NCBI RefSeq assembly: GCF_026210795.1
Contig: NC_089431.1
Span: 3,348,001 to 3,412,000, forward strand
Source of the DNA: Rhizophagus irregularis
Lineage: Eukaryota
DNA: 64,000 nt
Reading direction: 5' to 3'
The notes under the pieces are model-generated. The model had not been told where the DNA came from. It saw only the letters and a program-made list of their open reading frames with translations, and searched no databases. A program made the position numbers and the translations under genes. Shown here in pieces: positions 60,072-64,000 of the stretch. Within the stretch, counting starts at the first letter, position 1, and each line of letters opens with the position of its first letter.

Positions 60072-61292
60072 TCAAAAATCATAAAAATTTTGTACAATTT
60101 CTTCTTACTTAAGATTGATACAACAACAAAAGTTGTTCATAGTCAACAATTTAATTGTTAGATTGATACAAAACGATTGCTAAAGTTCTTGAAATGACGC
60201 AATGTGGCCATCGTCAGACATGTTTTGTGCGACAATTTAAAGGATCGGATGACTTGATTTTAAATGTGCACAGTTACACAACATAAAAAATGTGCACAAA
60301 TCATTACTAAAATAGATAAATTACATATAAAAAAAGGATATATTATATAAAAATTTGTTAGGAATTTCTTAATTTAGTAATAAATCTACCAACTCATGAG
60401 TCAATGAGTCATGACTTAAAATCTACACACTCTCATTTGCAAATAACTTAGTCACGTGCTGGCGCGAGTTCGGACAGATTTTATTTGTCACCGTTATTTG
60501 TAACCTGCACGTGACCTAACCTGATGTTCCATCTGTATATTATGAAATTGTATGCACGATGCAGTCGATGCACGGCTGCAAAAATTTTGGTGATCGACAT
60601 ATTAAACTAGAGATAACCGAACTGGTTTCAACCAATTATCAGTTATATTAAGCCAGCTCTAGCTGATTATCAATTAAATCAAACCGGTTTATAACTGAAT
60701 AAAAATTCGAGTCAAAACGATGAATCGCTTCTAAAACAACCGGTTCCAAATTCTACTCTGAGATTATCTTCTAAACTCTAAAGAATAGTTGAAGCTAAAA
60801 TAATTTCTCTATTAAAATTCGTGAGTGAACACTTGGCGAGCTTAAATGTATACGTATCAAAGCTGAACAACAAGGCAAACAATTTAGTTATTATAGTACC
60901 TACGATCACGTGTGAGACGTGTTTAAACTTTTAGACTACCCAATATTATTCTGAAATCATTTTTTTTTCGTTAAATGTTATACAATTACATAATTACCTT
61001 TACTGAGAATATAATACTAGGAAACGGTGAGTCCGGAGCGATAAAAAATTTTTTTCACAGAATTTGGTGACGTGATTTTAAATGAAAAAAAAAAGAATTA
61101 AAGACAAATTGGTTTATTATGTAAATTCGAAGCTAAATTTTAATGATAATTACGTATAGTGATTTTCATGTGATGTATGTTACATTTACAGAATTTGTGA
61201 AACCATTTTTTAGTATAAAGTTGTCACTCTCGCTAAAAAAAGCTTTAAATAAAAAAACTTGTTAAATTTAAAACAATTTAAGCAATAACATC

Positions 61293-63850
61293 ATGACTAA
61301 TGAATTCTCAAATTCTGAAAACTTATTTCCTGCTTATAATCAACATGAAGTTGTCGAAAAACTTGAAACTGGTTTCAAAAAATTAAATGATAAATTTATA
61401 AATTTATTAGAAGAAAATCAAAGAATTAAACAACACAATAAGAATCTTCAAGAAGAAAATCAAGACATTTTACGTATTAATTTGGAATTAAATGAAAAAA
61501 ATCAAGAAATTTCACGTAATAATTTAGAATCAAATAAAAAATATCAGGAAATCTCACGTAATAACTCAAATTTAATTCGTATTATTAAATAATGATTTAA
61601 AAGTAAAACTACAAGCGAGAGATAAACAAATTGAAAAACTTCAAAATGATTTAAATTTAGAAAAACAAAAAAAAAGAAATTCAACGACTTGAAGTAATTT
61701 CTCAAAATTTGGAAAAAAATTTAAAAATATTGGAAGTTGACGAAATTGATATTAATACTATTAATGTATTTAAAGAAAACAATAAACAAACAAATTGTAA
61801 TATTAATAAAAATCCAACAACCGCTTTAAATTATAGTAAAGGTATGTGGTAATGAACTTTTATAAAAAAAATTATTAATAATGATTAAACAAAACTAAAT
61901 CGATTTCATACACTTTAAAGGATTAGATGATATTAGAATTGTGGTCGGACTAGATTTTGGGGTAACATATTCTGGATTCGCTTATTGTCATGTTATTGAT
62001 GAAAATATGCATACAAATGATAATTGGCCTTGGGGAGTTACTGGTCAGTTCAGAACAAATACAGTTCTTCGATATGATGATGAATTTAATAATGTGTTGT
62101 ACTGGGGTGCTCGAGCTTTAAAAAACAGAAAACAAAATAGCGAACCCGTTAAATTGTTCAATTTATACCTGGGTGACTTACCAGATAATTTAAAACCAAA
62201 ACTCCCAATCGATTACAAAAAGGCTATTACTGACTATCTTAGAGAATTCGGAATGGTATGAATTATACTGTAATTCCAATATTATTTTAATTTTAATTTT
62301 AAAATTTCTACCTTATTTAATAATAATTTTTAGTTCATTAAAGAAAAGATTTGCCATTTGGATGGATTTGACTACTTTGAAGATGTATTGTTAGTACTTA
62401 CAATTCCTGCAGAATATTCAGGAATGGATAAGGTTATTATGAGACAATGTGTGTATAATGCGGACCTCATTAAAGATAGAGATTCAGAAAAACTGCAATT
62501 TACTACAGAATGTAAGTGGATTTTAGAAATAAGGCCTTTATTAATTTAATGTGATTAATTTTTCTTTATTTACAGCTAAAGCTACCGCATTAAATTGTGT
62601 GAAAAATTATTTTAAATGTGAAATAGGAGGCAAGTTTTGATTATTAATTATTTTAATTAAAAGAATATTCAAATAATACTCATTCATAATTTTTAGAGAC
62701 ATTTATGTTTGTTGACTGTGGTAAATATACTACAAATTTGACTACTCGTAAGTTAGTTAGAAATGATCCATTGCATATAGATAAAGTTACAGTACAGATT
62801 AGAGACTTCTATGGTAGTAGATTGATTAATGAAGAATTTATTAAATTTTTACGTGAAAGACTTGGAACTTGTACCATAGATCTATTGAAAGAAAATAATT
62901 ATGAACGATTACAATACATGGTCAAAAATTTCTATCGACGTATAACAAAGATCTTTTACAGGCGATGATAAGAAGTTTAATTATGAACTAGACATTTTAT
63001 ATGAAGATCAAAATTTGCTACGGCATGTCAGTGAAGAAATTAAGGAAATCATGGAAGAAATAATTGAAATTAAATATAATGACATAAAAAAAATGTTTGA
63101 TCCTATTGTTGATAGAATTATTCGTTTAATACATATACAACTTTTAAATAATAAAGAAAATTGCTCAACCATATTTTTAACTGGGGATTTTTGTGTAAGA
63201 AAATATTTACAAAATAGAATAAAAGAAGAATTTAGTCATCAAGTGAATAATATTTCAGTTCCTGCTCTCCCAGAAGTAGCAGTTGTACGTGGAGCTGTAA
63301 TTTATGGATTATCAACTATTTTGTATGGTACTGAATTCGATGGCTTAAAACTTGTTATTTCCTCAAGACTCCTTAAATTTACTTATGAAATTCAATATAA
63401 CTGGAAAAGTAGTGATGATTTTACTCATGATGGAAAAAATTGTAAATTTAAGACTTTAGTCAAACGAGACACTGAAATTACACCTGATCAAACTTTTTCC
63501 TTCAATTTTAAACCTGGGTCCAAGCAGATAAGTGAAAGTTTTGCAATTTACTATACACAAAAGTACAATATAGGGTACTGTGATGAACCAGGAGTAAAAC
63601 GACTTGGGATATTAAATATTGACCTTTCAGGTAAATTTACAATTATTTTTTTCAATAATATATTTAGTGAAAATTGTATAATTTATAATCAACTTTTTTG
63701 TAATCATTATTAGACGTACGTACAACTTGATAGTAGAAGTATTAATTTCGGACTAACCTTTGGTCAATATGAAATTATGCTTCTGCAAGGAATGAACTTA
63801 ATAGACAAGAACATATGGCTACTTTTTGTTATCCAGATGATGATTTTTAA
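61293..63850 (+). pseudogene. HSPA12-like Hsp70 with N-terminal coiled coil, frameshifted
   Basis: VVGLDFGVTYSGFAY, VLTIPAEY, LQFTTE, FVDCG, AVVRGAVIYGL; premature stop at 61590 and frameshifts near 61680, 62950 and 63780. Confidence 0.85.
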
Positions 63851-64000
63851 TTTTACTGTATAAATAATTCAATTATTTCATATTTGGCCATAAGTTTTCG
63901 ATTAGAATAGTACTTTTAATTGGTTTATCAAACATTTTAGTTATACTTATGAAAGAAATCTGAAATTCATGAAATGCACAGTTCCTTTTAAACTATTATA

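Overview
AT-rich, intron-containing fungal genomic DNA. The gene-family content (Sel1-repeat array, TKL kinase, MATA-HMG, Crinkler-type nucleases, HSPA12-like Hsp70) points to an arbuscular mycorrhizal fungus (Glomeromycotina, Rhizophagus-like); this is an inference. The first ~11 kb is a compact core block: RBM18-like, C2H2 protein, DCTN5, MED17, an unknown gene, SUA5 and a telobox Myb. The remaining ~52 kb is an accessory compartment with eight kinase-less Sel1-repeat loci, kinase/nuclease/HMG/Hsp70 genes and pseudogenes, and many MITEs and retro-insertions. Most notable: (i) a 121-codon open frame with a transmembrane segment directly after the DCTN5 stop; (ii) a heavily base-paired SINE-like RNA with UUCG/GNRA tetraloops and a possible pseudoknot; (iii) a 1.5-kb intron built from YCAY microsatellite tracts alternating with a conserved hairpin-forming 148-bp unit; (iv) Sel1 paralogues with a two-type repeat order that differs per gene, one ending in a CaaX-like motif; (v) a GC-rich secreted Cys-rich pseudogene; (vi) a hAT MITE carrying a captured F-box fragment. 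All calls were made by eye from the sequence, and boundaries of decayed elements are approximate.
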